Origin: Blastocystis sp. Blastoise
Taxonomy: Eukaryota; Protista; Bigyra: Opalinata
Assembly: GCA_039096225.1 (NCBI GenBank)
Contig: JBBPEB010000008.1
Coordinates: 108,833 to 172,832, forward strand
DNA length: 64,000 bases
Reading direction: 5' to 3'
Below, piece after piece: positions 27,292 to 41,700 of the stretch. Both the position numbers and the translations under genes were made by a program. The notes below the pieces were generated by a model. That model did not search any database. It saw only the letters and a program-made list of their open reading frames with translations, and had not been told where the DNA came from. The stretch's first letter is position 1; each line of letters opens with the position of its first letter.

Positions 27292-30200
27292 TCTTTATTT
27301 AATTTACCATTTAGTGATATAATAATTATAAAACAAGTGACTACTAATCGTTTTCTTATTTTTCTCTTTTTTAACATAAAAAAAATATATTTTATAATAT
27401 AAATATTATAAATGTGTTGTGTGACTTATTTTTCATATAAAATATATTTTAAAATCATTTAATAAGACTATTAAAAATAATTTTGTTGGAAGTATTGTTT
27501 TTCAAATCCGACTTTTGTTTATATTGTTGTTTTTTGTTTGGTTTTTGACAAAACTATTTTTATATGTTTTTTGTTTATTTATTTATTTTTACTAGTCAGG
27601 GTGTATCTGTAGAGTCCCTACAAGACTGCTTCATGATATTTTATAAAAAAAAAACTTTTTAATTACATTATTATATATATATATATATATTTTTAAATTT
27701 ATTGACTTTATTTTACATTATAAACATTATATAAAACTATTTGAAATAATATACAACAAAAATATATAACAATTGACTATTGTCACAAAATAATTTTTAT
27801 TTGTCACCCAACTTAACACAAATAATCATACATTAAACTCATACTTGTTGTTATTTGATGACTTATAAACTTTTCAGTCATGAATCTGTCACAACATGTG
27901 TCACAAAAAACATTTTATTTGATTTATTTCAAAATGACTATACATTATATTTCAAAATAATATGTTTTTAGTCAAAAACTATCATGTCATAATAAAATAG
28001 TCAATGAATGAATTGTCTTTTTTATGTCACCCGGTTCTTTTTTCATGAAAAGTGTGTAAATCGACGTGTCTTGATGAGCTGAGTTCGAAAATATTTTTTT
28101 TAGATTTTTAAAATGAAAAACAAAAAAGTTATGAGCAATCGTCACTTTTTTGTCAGAAAATTTTGTGACAATTGCCACGTGGCAATTTTTTCCAGTGACA
28201 GGGAAGACACTGCTAAAAATTTACTTTTTCTTATAAATTTTATTCTATAGAAAATTTCTTTTTTTATAATAATTTTACAAAAGAAATTTTTTCATTTAAT
28301 GAATTTTATTAATTTTTTTTATTTATTTTATTTTATTTGTTTGTTTACATAAGAACATATATATTTTTAATAAAATAATTTTTATATATTTTAAATATCA
28401 GGTTAAACAAATAAACTACTTTTAGATTTTGAAAAGACAATTAAACAAATAATCATTTTTAAAAGTGACTTTAACGACGTATAATCAACCTATATACATA
28501 GAATGAGTCGTATAACCAATAAGTATAAAGAGTTTAAAAAATTTCATCCACAAAGTTTTGAGATATCGAGCACATTCTCTTTTGACCCCTTTCAAATTTT
28601 ATAGAAACAACTCCAGTCATCATTATTAGTCATGAAAACATCCTAAAAGTGATTAAAACCAGTTTTTAGCATGTTGAAAAAGTAACAAAAAACTTCAATT
28701 GTGTGTTCTGCCAATAATTTTCTTTTATTTCAATTCTAGACTTCATTTATTTGTATGACTACATGACACCTCTTGAAATATATGAACAGATTACAAAATA
28801 ATTGAGGTCAAAAACATATCGAAATCATTCAACTCTTTCTAAAGACTATCTGACTTTATATTTTATGTTTAGACAAAAATCGCCACTCATACAACACACT
28901 TTTATAACTTTAAAGCAAAGATGACTGGATATGTATCCAGACAAGTTTTTCTAAATTAAATTCTGACTTTATTATATAATATAGTAACCTGGACTATACA
29001 CAAATATGCCATTATCGTATATTTTTAACAACAAAGTTGGTGTATCGGCAGATTTCGACCACTTTAATTTCGACTCTTGACTTCATATTTGGTGTAAGGA
29101 TGCGATATATGTTACACTATAATTTTTTTTGTCTTTAAAGACTTTTTAAAAAAGGTCAAAAAAAGTTAATTGCGGCTTTGCACCAAAAAAAGTCCTCCTA
29201 ACACACTTTTTTAAACTTATATAAATAGATAATATATCATTGTATACATATATCAAATCAAAATATAAAATATCGTTGAATCTCGGGGTCAAAAATGAGA
29301 AACAAATTTCATAATTTTTCAAAAATTGTGTTTTTATTGTTTTAACTCAGGCCGATTTCGGTCATCAATTTATAATATATAGTTAAAATATAATAGAATT
29401 TATATATGTTATGCTATTCTTATTAAAAGTATATGAAAAAAAATTTAATTAATTAAAAATTGATAGAGTTATTAAATGAATAAATATTATGTCTTTTTTA
29501 GAGTTTTTTGTTTTTGTTTTTTGTTTTTTTATTTAATTTTGAGTTGAATGAGAATATTTTAAAATATATAAGTACTATTTACAAATACATTAAGACTTTG
29601 GACATATAATATATAAATATTGGCTTTTTAAAAGACAGTTAACAAACAGATTGGCTGATGTAAACATACTTTGATGAGTTATTTTACAGGTTAACATTCA
29701 ATTACTAGATACATATATAATATAAGACTTTAAACAAATGTTTGCTATATTTATATTGAAAAGTTGAAAACAGTATAATTGTGACTTATCACTATTAATT
29801 TTAAACGTAAAGCGTAAAAATGAGTTGGATACTGTTATATAGATGTTTATGAGTAAAAAATAGTTTTAAAATAGTTTTGTATTTTGAAGATATGTCTCCA
29901 TTCTGACTCTATGTTTTTTAAATTCATTGAAAATGATAAAATATAGTTTTCAAAGGAAATACAAATAAAGAAATTAAACCTATTTTTCAATATTTTGTTT
30001 TGAAGAGTGAATTCATTTACAATTAATTTTTATATAGTAGAGATTCAAGTCAATTTTTGTTATTTGTAACTCTGTATGACACAAGTTACTGAATGACAAA
30101 ATTGAAGACGATTTCATTCTGATGCAAAACATTTCAAAATGGTAAAGTCTCTCAAAAGTCTTTCTTAACTAAACGATTCTAATCAAAACCAAAATAATTT

Positions 30201-31060
30201 GTTAAACTGTTGATAGTTAGTTTTAAAAATTATTTTTCAAGAGTCAACTTGAAATGTTTTTTTTTAAATGTTGAATTGTAAAGTAATAGTTATAAATTTT
30301 TTTTACTAAATGTTTTTAAAACAACATATATATTAAATATATCTATTCAAATCAATTAAAAAATAAAAATAGTTTGACATTCTGACCCATTCTTTGTAAT
30401 ATGTTTTACAAACATGTTACTAAAGTGTTTTTCTAATAATGGTAAGTCTTTTAGAGGCATTAGTTATTAAAACAGTAAAAATTAATAGTATCAAAAAATG
30501 AGTGAATTACATTGTTGTGTTCAATCTTTCAAACAGTTGCTGTTTTCTTGAGTGAAATGGCCACTGATATGTTTTTAAGCTATTATTAAAAGTCTATTAA
30601 AAATATTTTTGTCAATTTGTTGTCAGAATCCTTTTAAATAAAAATTTAATAGTCAGAAAAGAATATTTATTTTATTTATATATTTATTAAAAAAACTGTT
30701 GTGTTTATATAAAAAATAGAAAGGTAATATATAAAGTATAAACAAAACACAAACTTCTGTTTTTAATTATTTTTTTAATAATAGAAAATACAAAGAAATA
30801 AAACAATTGGCTTATTTTATCAACCAATAGAATTATTTATAATTTTTATAAATTTTATTTCTTTAGAAACACAAATAAAAAAGTCAAAATATGAAAAGAA
30901 TAATAATTGGTTGTTCATTTTTTGTGTCCCATAAAATCTCAAAAAATCTCAAAAATCTCAAAGATTTAGAATTTTGAAGATTCTTAAAACAAATATAAGA
31001 ACCGGAATGGTTTCATTTTTATTTTATTTTCAATTCTATAGTAACTCTTCTAAAAATATC

Positions 31061-34000
31061 ATGATCAAGTCAAAAGGTTCTCTTATTACTAAAGAAGGCA
31101 TGCTATTTATTACATTTTTATTAATTCTTTTTATTTAGGTTCAAATTATGAAATGGAATGTCCGTCGCTGTCGTTGCTTTCTCAGTATGATGATGAAGGT
31201 ATATATTTTATCATTATTATATCATTATTATTAACTATTTATATATAGTTCCTGGAAACATATCTTCTGATTCTTCAAAAAATAAGATAGGTATATATTA
31301 TTTATTCATTTATTTGCATAAAATAAATAGTATAATTATTATGTTATTTTATAATTATATAGACTATTCTTACATAATTAATCATTTATGTATAGTTCCT
31401 TCTTCCGTTCTTTCCGTTTCTTCTGTTTCTTCAAAAAAAAGACTAGGTATATCTATTATATATTTTTATTATAGTATTATTTTTATATTTATACAAATTT
31501 AATTCTATATATACATAGTTTGTTCTTCAAATTCTGATTCTTCTTTGAAACATAAGCTAGGTATATACTTTTTTTTCATTTATTATCAACTCTTTTATAG
31601 CATTTTATAATGCTTTTACAGAATTACCCTATTTTTATTTTTACATTATTAATTATTAGTTATATCATAATATTTATAGCTTCTGGTTCCTTAAACAGTA
31701 TACGTATATATATATATAATAATTACCTATTTTCCGTAGCTTCCTCATTGAAACGAGTTTCTTTAAATAGTATATACATATAATCTTTTATATTTAATAG
31801 TAATGAATTTCTCTATAGACTCCTCATTGAAACCAGCTTCCTTAAGCAGTATATTTATATATATACAATATAGTATATAATGATACATATATCTATAGAC
31901 TATTCATTAAAACCAGCTTCTCTAAGCCGTATATATATATATATATTCACTTTATAATGAATTATATCTATATAGATTCCTCTAACAATCCTATTCCTTC
32001 TATTAGTATACTTATACATATATTATATATTATATAATATATTATGTCTTATATAGATTCTTCATTAAAGCCAGCTTCTCTAAGCTGTATACATTTATAT
32101 ATATATATTATATTATTTATTATATTATGTCTTATATAGATTCCTCTAACAATCCTATTCCTTCTATTAGTATACATTTATATATATATTATATATTATA
32201 TAATATATTATATATTATACAGATTCCTCTAACAATCCTATTCCTTCTAATTGTATACATTTATATATATATTATATATTATATAATATATTATGTCTTA
32301 TATAGATTCCTCTAACAATCCTATTCCTTCTATTAGTATACATTTATATATATATTATATATTATATAATATATTATGTCTTATATAGATTCCTCTAACA
32401 ATCCTATTCCTTCTAATTGTATACATTTATATATATATTATATATTATATAATATATTATGTCTTATATAGATTCCTCTACCAATCCTATTCCTTCTAAT
32501 TGTATACATTTATATATATATTATATATTATATAATATATTATGTCTTATATAGATTCCTCTACCAATCCTATTCCTTCTATTAGTATACATTTATATAT
32601 ATATTATATATTATATAATATATTATGTCTTATATAGATTCCTCTAACAATCCTATTCCTTCTAATTGTATACATTTATATATATATTATATATTATATA
32701 ATATATTATGTCTTATATAGATTCCTCTAACAATCCTATTCCTTCTATTAGTATACATTTATATATATATTATATATTATATAATATATTATGTCTTATA
32801 TAGATTCCTCTAACAATCCTATTCCTTCTATTAGTATACATTTATATATATATTATATATTATATAATATATTATGTCTTATATAGATTCCTCTAACAAT
32901 CCTATTCCTTCTATTAGTATACATTTATATATATATTATATATTATATAATATATTATGTCTTATATAGATTCCTCTACCAATCCTATTCCTTCTATTAG
33001 TATACATTTATATATATATTATATATTATATAATATATTATGTCTTATATAGATTCCTCTACCAATCCTATTCCTTCTAATTGTATACATTTATATATAT
33101 ATTATATATTATATAATATATTATGTCTTATATAGATTCCTCTACCAATCCTATTCCTTCTAATTGTATACATTTATATATATATTATATATTATATAAT
33201 ATATTATGTCTTATATAGATTCCTCTAACAATCCTATTCCTTCTATTAGTATACATTTATATATATATTATATATTATATAATATATTATGTCTTATATA
33301 GATTCCTCTAACAATCCTATTCCTTCTATTAGTATACATTTATATATATATTATATATTATATAATATATTATGTCTTATATAGATTCCTCTAACAATCC
33401 TATTCCTTCTATTAGTATACTTATATATATATATATATATATTATATAATATATTATGTCTTATATAGATTCCTCTAACAATCCTATTCCTTCTATTAGT
33501 ATACATTTATATATATATTATATATTATATAATATATTATATATTATACAGATTCCTCTAACAATCCTATTCCTTCTAATTGTATACATTTATATATATA
33601 TTATATATTATATAATATATTATGTCTTATATAGATTCCTCTAACAATCCTATTCCTTCTATTAGTATACATTTATATATATATTATATATTATATAATA
33701 TATTATGTCTTATATAGATTCCTCTAACAATCCTATTCCTTCTATTAGTATACATTTATATATATATTATATATTATATAATATATTATGTCTTATATAG
33801 ATTCCTCTACCAATCCTATTCCTTCTATTAGTATACATTTATATATATATTATATATTATATAATATATTATGTCTTATATAGATTCCTCTAACAATCCT
33901 ATTCCTTCTATTAGTATACATTTATATATATATATTAAATTATTTATTATATTATATATTATATAGATTCCTCTAACAATCCTATTCCTTCTAATTGTAT

Positions 34001-34648
34001 ACATTTATATATATATTATATATTATATAATATATTATGTCTTATATAGATTCCTCTAACAATCCTATTCCTTCTATTAGTATACTTATATATATATATA
34101 TATATATTATATATATTATATATTATATAATGAATTATATGTCTATAGATTCATCGCTGAATTATTCTTTATCAAAAAGTATATATATATTATATAATTT
34201 TATATATTGGGTATAAAATATATAGAATGCTTCTCTATAGATTCCTCCTTAAATAATTCTTCATTATTAGGTATATATCTATATATATCTATCAATAATT
34301 TTATATATTTATAGATAGTTATAAGCGATCAAAACATTCCGTTATGAAAAGTAATTATACACTTTATATCACTTTTATATATATAAATTATATACTTTAT
34401 ATAACTTTTATATATATACATAGAAAACCGCCGCACTCTCTCAAAGAGGTCTAAAAGACATGATAATGAAAGTAAACTAAAAGGTATGTTAAATTATAAA
34501 TATTTATTAATTTATTTTAGATTTAAATGATAAAGGAACTAAATCCAAAAGAAATAAGAATAATAGTGTTTCTGCACTATTTAGTATAAATTTAAAAAGT
34601 ATTTTTGTTTTTGTTGTTTGCTTTGTTGTTTATTCTTTTTTATATTAG
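31061..34648 (+). CDS. Helitron-borne micro-exon gene (~40 exons) encoding a Ser/Asn/Pro-rich repeat protein with a basic region and hydrophobic C-terminal tail
   Basis: Manual splicing gives one open frame: MIKSKGSLITKEG...(N/Y)SS(N/T)NPIPS(I/N) x25...KRSKHSVMKKNRRTLSKRSKRH...SIFVFVVCFVVYSFLY-TAG(34646-34648). All introns are phase 1. The first intron needs a GC donor (31098); the rest are GT-AG. Confidence 0.75.
31976..34080 (+). repeat. 83-bp tandem repeat = 30-nt exon + 53-nt intron, 25 copies
   Basis: Exon ATTCCTCTA(A/C)CAATCCTATTCCTTCTA(TTA/ATT) starts at 31976, 32140, 32223 ... 34050. Intron gtatac...tatatag. A 1329-bp higher-order duplication gives identical ORFs at 32127 and 33456. 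Confidence 0.95.
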
Positions 34649-34874
34649 TTTATATTTTTTTGTAATTTTTTAATTTTTCTTCTTTTTCTATTTTTATTTC
34701 TTATATCATTAAATATTTAACAGCTTTTATTGTTTTTGTTATTCTTCTATTTGAATGAATTTATATTATTTATTATTTTAGTTTAACCTATATAAAATGT
34801 CCGACTCTGCTTTGTTAAAGTTCATGATGTCTCTTTATATAGTATAAAGTTTATAAACTTAAATAGTATTTAAT

Positions 34875-37856
34875 TAATATCCTTAATTTAGTTCATGTAG
34901 CGTACGGTGTCTCACACACTTTCACTATTATTGACTTTGTTATTAACTTTTATAAAATAAAAATAACATCATAAAAACCGGAACACAATTCTAAAAATGA
35001 CTGTTAAAGAAAATTTTCAAAAATTCTAAATTTCTGGCTAAAAAACGCAAAAAACCATTTTCGCACAAAATTTTAACCAAAATTATTGGATTATTTTTAT
35101 TTTATCCAATATTTTTCATTTTTATAAAAACACTTATTTTTCGTTTTTCATTTTTTATTGTTTTCTTATTTTTCCTATATCTATTCACATACTCTATATT
35201 TATTTTTATAAAATTGACTTTTATTGACGGGTTGGTCTTATAAATAGTTTTGACGGGTAAATTTGTTTATATTAAGAACTTGACAACATATCAATACACA
35301 GATCACTAACTTTAAACTCTAAAATGACTACATTCGTAATGTAAATGACTTTAACTACTCTAAAACAACAATAATCCCTTTAAATAACGACAAAAGACAA
35401 ACTGATATCCGACACATTCCTTCTTTATAAACTTATTTGAGTTTATTCAAGTTATTTAGAATCAATACATGTCATAAGTATATCTTTTAGTTGTTTAAAA
35501 AGTTTTAATAAGAAAATATTTGATAATAGAAATTTTGATGTTTTGATAGTATAGTTTGTTATTCGTCTTTCTCCTTGAGTTTTGGGTATTTTTTAAAAAT
35601 AAAAGTATAATTATAATTAAGATAAGCTATTGCAGATACATATTTTTTATTTTATCTAAATATATAATATTGACTGAGAAACATTCATTTATATGAAAAA
35701 CATAAAAATGAAAATTTTCAAAAAAAGGGTATAGTTTGTTATTGTGATTTCTCAATCAATTCTTAATAAAATAAAAAAGTTTAAACATATTTAGAAACTA
35801 GACATGTCATAGCAGATACATATTTTTCATTTTTTTAATTAATTGAAAACTCAGGTGACAAGAGTCAATAGTTGAACTCAATAAAAAATGACTTTCAAAA
35901 AATTTTCTTAAAAAGTTTTCATTTGTTTTTTGTTTATATTTTCATCATTAACAATTTTATTTGACATTTGACACTATATTTAAAAACTACATACCAAAAT
36001 AAACATATTTTACAATTTTATTTTGTTTTTAAAAGACTTTGACAACAGATCACCAGACAATGTTAACTCAATAAACTCTTAAAACGTTTAGATTAGTGTT
36101 TAGAATCATTTATGGACACTGAATATGACTTATTTGAAAAAATTAAGACAACATGTTGAACTGATACTGACAATGTTTGCTTTAAAAAGTCAGTTATGAG
36201 TCATTATGAGTTGTATATGTCATAAATAAGCTTTAAATAAATAAATTTGTTTTTAATTGTCTTTAATTAGTGAAATAAGTCGTTTAAAAAAAGAAAATGT
36301 TTTTGAGACTAAAATTTATTTTGACAATTTTTCCATCAATATTTATTTTTAAAAAATAAATAAAACTTATTTATAAACTAGACAACCTATAGTATATATA
36401 TTTATAAAAATTTTATCTAAATATAAAATAACTTTTGAGATAAAAAATTATATATGCAAAACATAAAAAAATTAATTTTTGGAAAAAGGGTATACTTTAT
36501 AACATTAATTTCTCAGTCAATATTTAATTATATTTAATAATTTTAATAAATTAATATAGAGAATAAAATATATTAACGATATAAATTTTAACATTTAAAA
36601 TTAATTAAGAAATGAGTTCAGTAGAGTCAATAGTATAACATGTTAAAAAACTGAAAATTGAAAAATCGTTTTTCTAAAAATTTTCCGAAAGTTGACAAAT
36701 CAAATTCATATTTGACAATTAATTTTTACATATTTGATAACTAGACCTTATATGTATTGCATATCTCTAAAAAATAGTCAAAATTGAGTTTGACGAGTGT
36801 ATGAGTATATGCACATGTTGACTCATAATTTTGAAAAAAGTAGTTCGATGTGTCCTAAATCACATATTAGGGCAATTCTGAAAATATTATCACTTTATAA
36901 TGAGTTTAAAGGGTAAAATAATTTTGAATTGTCTGTTTGACTGTCTTAAGTTAAGAGATTCAATACACTTTTTGTAAAAATGAGTATTAGAGTGTTTAAT
37001 GTTTATAATAATTAAAGAATTGTTTGAAATAAAGGTGGTTGTGTGTTTGACCAAAATGTTAAAATGAGTCTATTTTTAAAAAATGGTTGTAATAAGTATG
37101 TATAGAGTGTTTTTAAATTGTTTTATATTAAAATCTACAATAAATAAACATTTTAAGTTGTTTAAAAATTTGATTCTTTAGAATTACAATAGTTAAGTCA
37201 AGAGATTCAAGTCACTTTTTATAATAATAAAAAATAGAGTCATAATAGAATATAGAATATTAAAAATTAGTCTAATTAAATGTGGTTGACTGTTTGATAG
37301 GAATGTTAAAATGGGTAAAAAGATTTTAATTGTTTCTAAAACAGTATAATACGTTTTTTTGTCACTAAATACAAAAATATTATAGTTTAAAGAATGTTTT
37401 TTGTCTTTCAAAAGAACTCATTTTTTGTAATTGTGACTTTAAATAAATGAAATTCAAGTTATTTTTTACAAATTAAAATAATAAATTAAATATATGTATA
37501 TATTAGCATAAAATTAATTTTAATAAAAGTAGATATGTGTATTTCAAAATGTTAAAGTTTTTTAGAGTTTTTTTATAATAACTTATTTATTGTATAGACT
37601 ATATTTTATGTACAATAATAAACGTTTTTAAAGTATTTAAACATATTTAGTTATGAAATGTAGTGTAATCTTCGTTTTATATTTTAATTCTTAGTTTTTA
37701 TTTAATTAAATGGTTGTTAATAATATTATTAAATTTGAATTTATTATGAACTATTAATTTAAAATAATGAAAAGATATTTTTTTTACAAAATTTTTTTTA
37801 TTTTTATTTAGATTCAAGCGTAGGCTGGCGTAGCCAGTCGTGAAACGCTTGTATTA
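34875..37856 (+). mobile_element. Non-coding hairpin-ended element, copy 2 (2,982 bp)
   Basis: Same termini as 9655-13869. The 3' hairpin block at ~37815-37856 is identical. It lacks the ~1.2-kb (ATTTCT)n-containing segment of copy 1. Confidence 0.85.
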
Positions 37857-37869
37857 ATTAATTTGATAG

Positions 37870-38543
37870 AAGATATCAAATATAATATTGTTGTTTTATA
37901 TTTTTTGATGTGTTTGTTTTGGTTCTGTGTTGTAACTTATTTGTTATGGCAAATCAATGTTACACACTTTTGTTTTTGTATATGTTTGATCTTTAAAATA
38001 TTTTCACTTACTTACAAAAATATATTATCATATATATTTAGATTGTAAGAGAGTTGAAAATACTTTTGAATTTCATACATCTTGCTTTTGTCTTAACAAC
38101 AAGGGAGACAAAGGTATATTATTTGTCTAATAAAATAATAAAAATATTTTTATTGTTTCGTCTTTAGATAATAATAACTACAAAAACACCCTTGAGAAAA
38201 TATTTTTTAATAGTAATCTGTTTACTATTAATTGTGACGGTATGTTTTAATAATGAAAACAACCTAAAATATATATAGGTACTACAGACTCAGAAATATC
38301 AAATAAGTTTATATTTAAAGATAATGCAACTCTTTTCGTAAATAAAAACAGATATTCAACAAATCCTACAAATCAAGGTAAATATTTTTATAATTTAAAT
38401 TCTATTATGACTTGATAGTTACTTTAAATAATAATCAGGAGAATAAAAGTGACGAGGATCTCTCAAGTCCTCCTTATAATGATGAAAGGGTTTCACCTCC
38501 TACTTCTCCTGTTTATCCTGTTTCTTCTCCTGAATATTATTAA
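37870..38543 (+). CDS. Small spliced Helitron cargo ORF with one hydrophobic segment; 5' exon uncertain
   Basis: Exons 37870-37977, 38042-38113, 38168-38239, 38279-38377 and 38419-38543 join in frame via phase-1 GT-AG introns (...IVVLYFLMCLFWFCVVTYLLW...SPPTSPVYPVSSPEYY*). A candidate first exon near 34797-34841 lies on the far side of the 34875-37856 insertion but does not match in phase. Confidence 0.55.
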
Positions 38544-38772
38544 GGAGTTTTTTAAATTTTTTTTTGTTTTTGCTTATAAATATTTTGTTGTTTTGTATTA
38601 TTTTATTTCTTTTTTAATTATTTATTCTTTTATATTATATTTTGTTTAGTTAAATATTTTATTTTTAAATTATTAAAAAAATAAAATATTTTATATATAT
38701 ATGTTTACAAATATTAATATTATTTAATTAATAAAATCTTATATATAATACTAATAATATATAATACTATAG

Positions 38773-41700
38773 GAAACAAAAGAAAGCGATTTAATTCTCT
38801 TAAGAGAAGAGATATATTTGGGAATTTTTTGAATACCCACAAATCTAAAAGGATTAATGACCAAATATTAAATGAAAATCAAAATGCTTTTAATCAAGAC
38901 AATTCATTATTCAATACAAATAATTCTTTAAATAATGAAGAAATAGTAACTGAACAACACCCAATACAACTAAACAATATAGCAACTATATCTTCTTCTT
39001 CTCCTATTTCAGATAATACTTCAACTCAAAGTAATAATACAAATTCATATAATAATAACACAATCGAAACATTAATTAATGAAATCAATTTAATAGAGCC
39101 AGATTCTAATAATAATACAAGTTTAAATAACGAAAATATATCTGAAACTTTAATTAATGAAACAAATTTTATAGAATCTGAAATAAATAATAATAATGAA
39201 AGTATATCTCAATCAATAATTGATGATAGTTTTAATTCTACTTTTATTTTTGAAAATAATGAAACAAATGATAATACACAACCTATAATATTAAATAATC
39301 CTGTAACTCCTTTATATAATCAACACAATAATGATATACATTCAAATAATAATAGGATCAATAATAATCATACTCCATGTATACATAATACACCAAATTC
39401 TAATACAAATAATCAAATAGTATCCCCTTCTACTTCACTCATTATAACTCCTCCTAGATTATCTCCTCTTGATTCAAGAATTATTAATTCTTCTTCTTCT
39501 TCTCATAATAATAATAATCATTCTATTATTCCTCCTCTACCAAGATCATCTATATTAGATATATTAAATTATTATCAAATATCTCCTATTCAAAATCCTA
39601 ATAATAATAATCTATTATCAACAAATATAAATAATCATAGAAGAAGAATTAATTTTGATTCTTCTACTTCAGATAATGATTCAAGTGCAGATAGTGATTT
39701 CACACCTATTATTCCTTCTAATACTACTAATAATCCTATTTTGCAAATAGAACCAATAAATACTACAAATAATAACGATATAGATATAGATAATCAAAAT
39801 GAAAATAATAATGAAGAAAATAATAACAATATTCCAATTGTTATAAGATTTGAAAATTGTGAAGCATGTATTAAATTAAGTATGCTTAATGTTATATCAT
39901 CATTATAATTCTTTCTTTATGATAATAAAACTATTATTATTTATGTATAGGAAATGGAGAACAAATAATAGAAGAAAATGAAAGAGATATTCATAGAAAT
40001 AATAAATATGAATATTATAATATAGGTAAAATGAATCATGTTTGTATTCATTGTGAAGCTATTCATTTTGAAGCAGAAAGAGCAAACTATAATTTTAATA
40101 AATATGTTTCACACTTACAGTATAATACAGAGTCTTCTAGAGCACGAAATTCATTTTATTTTTATGAAGGAGATCATGATTATATCATTACAAGAAATTC
40201 AAATTATACAATGTGTTGTAATAATGGGAAAGTGAAAGTAGAATCACCTATAAATCTTCCAAATGAATTATTAAATCAATTAAAGAGTCAAACACCAAAT
40301 AATAAATTATTTAGAAATGAGATAAGAAGATATAATAATGCTTTTGCTTTTGCTTCTATGTCATGTTCTAATGTAGTAACAAGAATGAATGGTCCAGGAC
40401 CATATTTTTATAGAGTTCATGGTAATGTATATCATTCTATGAGTGATTTATATCCTTCTGATAATTCTCCTCCTTCTTTTAATCAAATATATATTTATGA
40501 TGAAGAAGAAGCTCTTCATATTCGAAATGGAAATAGTATGTTTTCAGAATTATCTTCTGATTTATTATTAAGTATTGATTCTATGATAAGAAATAATAAT
40601 AAAATATATGAATCTTTTAAAACATTACATGAACAAGTAACAGAATCAAGAAGAATAAATAATACTACTTATTCACAAGTAAATTTAAAATTACAATTTA
40701 AAATAAGTAATTATGATGATAGAAGAAGATTTAATGCTCCTACTACAACAAATGAAATAGCTATGATTATACCAAAACAAAATGATGAAGGTTTACCAAA
40801 TATTAATCTTTCATGTTATCCAAGAAGAAGAAGAAGAAATGAAAATAATAATGAAAATAATAATGAAAATGAAAATAATAATGAAAATATATCAGAACAA
40901 CAAATAACAAATCTTAGTTATAATAATCCATTTTGTGATCCATTAATATATCCATTAATGTTTCCTTATGGATTACCATTATGGAGTTTAGAATCTACTT
41001 CTAATATTATACGTAATTCTGAATTACATTTAAATCGTCAAAATAATAATAATAATAATAGAAATATTTCTACAAGAACAACAACTAATAATAATAATAA
41101 TAATAATGAGAATGAAATAATAGAAGAAGTAGAAAATGAATTAAATAATAGAAATAATTATAGAATAAATAGTAATCATACAGAGAATAATGATAGTAAT
41201 GGAGATGATTCAAAATCGATGAGAATTATTCCAATTTTTAGAAATAGATCAGAAAGAGGATTTCCATTAGATATTTTAGGAAATGAATTTTATACTATAC
41301 CTACTATTTCATTAAGAGAATTTTATTCTTATTTATTATATACAAGGCATCCTAATCATAAGAATTATTTACTATTATTTGAAAAATTATTATTACAATT
41401 TATGGTTGATGCAGCTACAAAAATAGAATATTCAAGATTATTATTTATAGCAAATAATCAAACAAAATTAAGATCTGAGAAATATTCTGTATTTCGAGAT
41501 ACAGTGAATGAGATGATACGAAATGGATTTAGTGATGAATATATAAGAAGTAGAATGGGAAAAGCAGTTATTATTCCATCAAGTTTTGTAGGTGGTCCTC
41601 GATATATGAAGAATTCCTATTTAGAAACAATGGCTATTGTAAGAGCTTATGGTAAACCAGATTTATTTATAACCATGACTTGCAATCCAAATTGGCCAGA

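Noticed and set aside
31976-34080. CRISPR-like look of the regular 30-nt conserved block plus spacer
   Set aside because: The spacers are near-identical GT-AG introns, the context is eukaryotic, and there are no cas genes.
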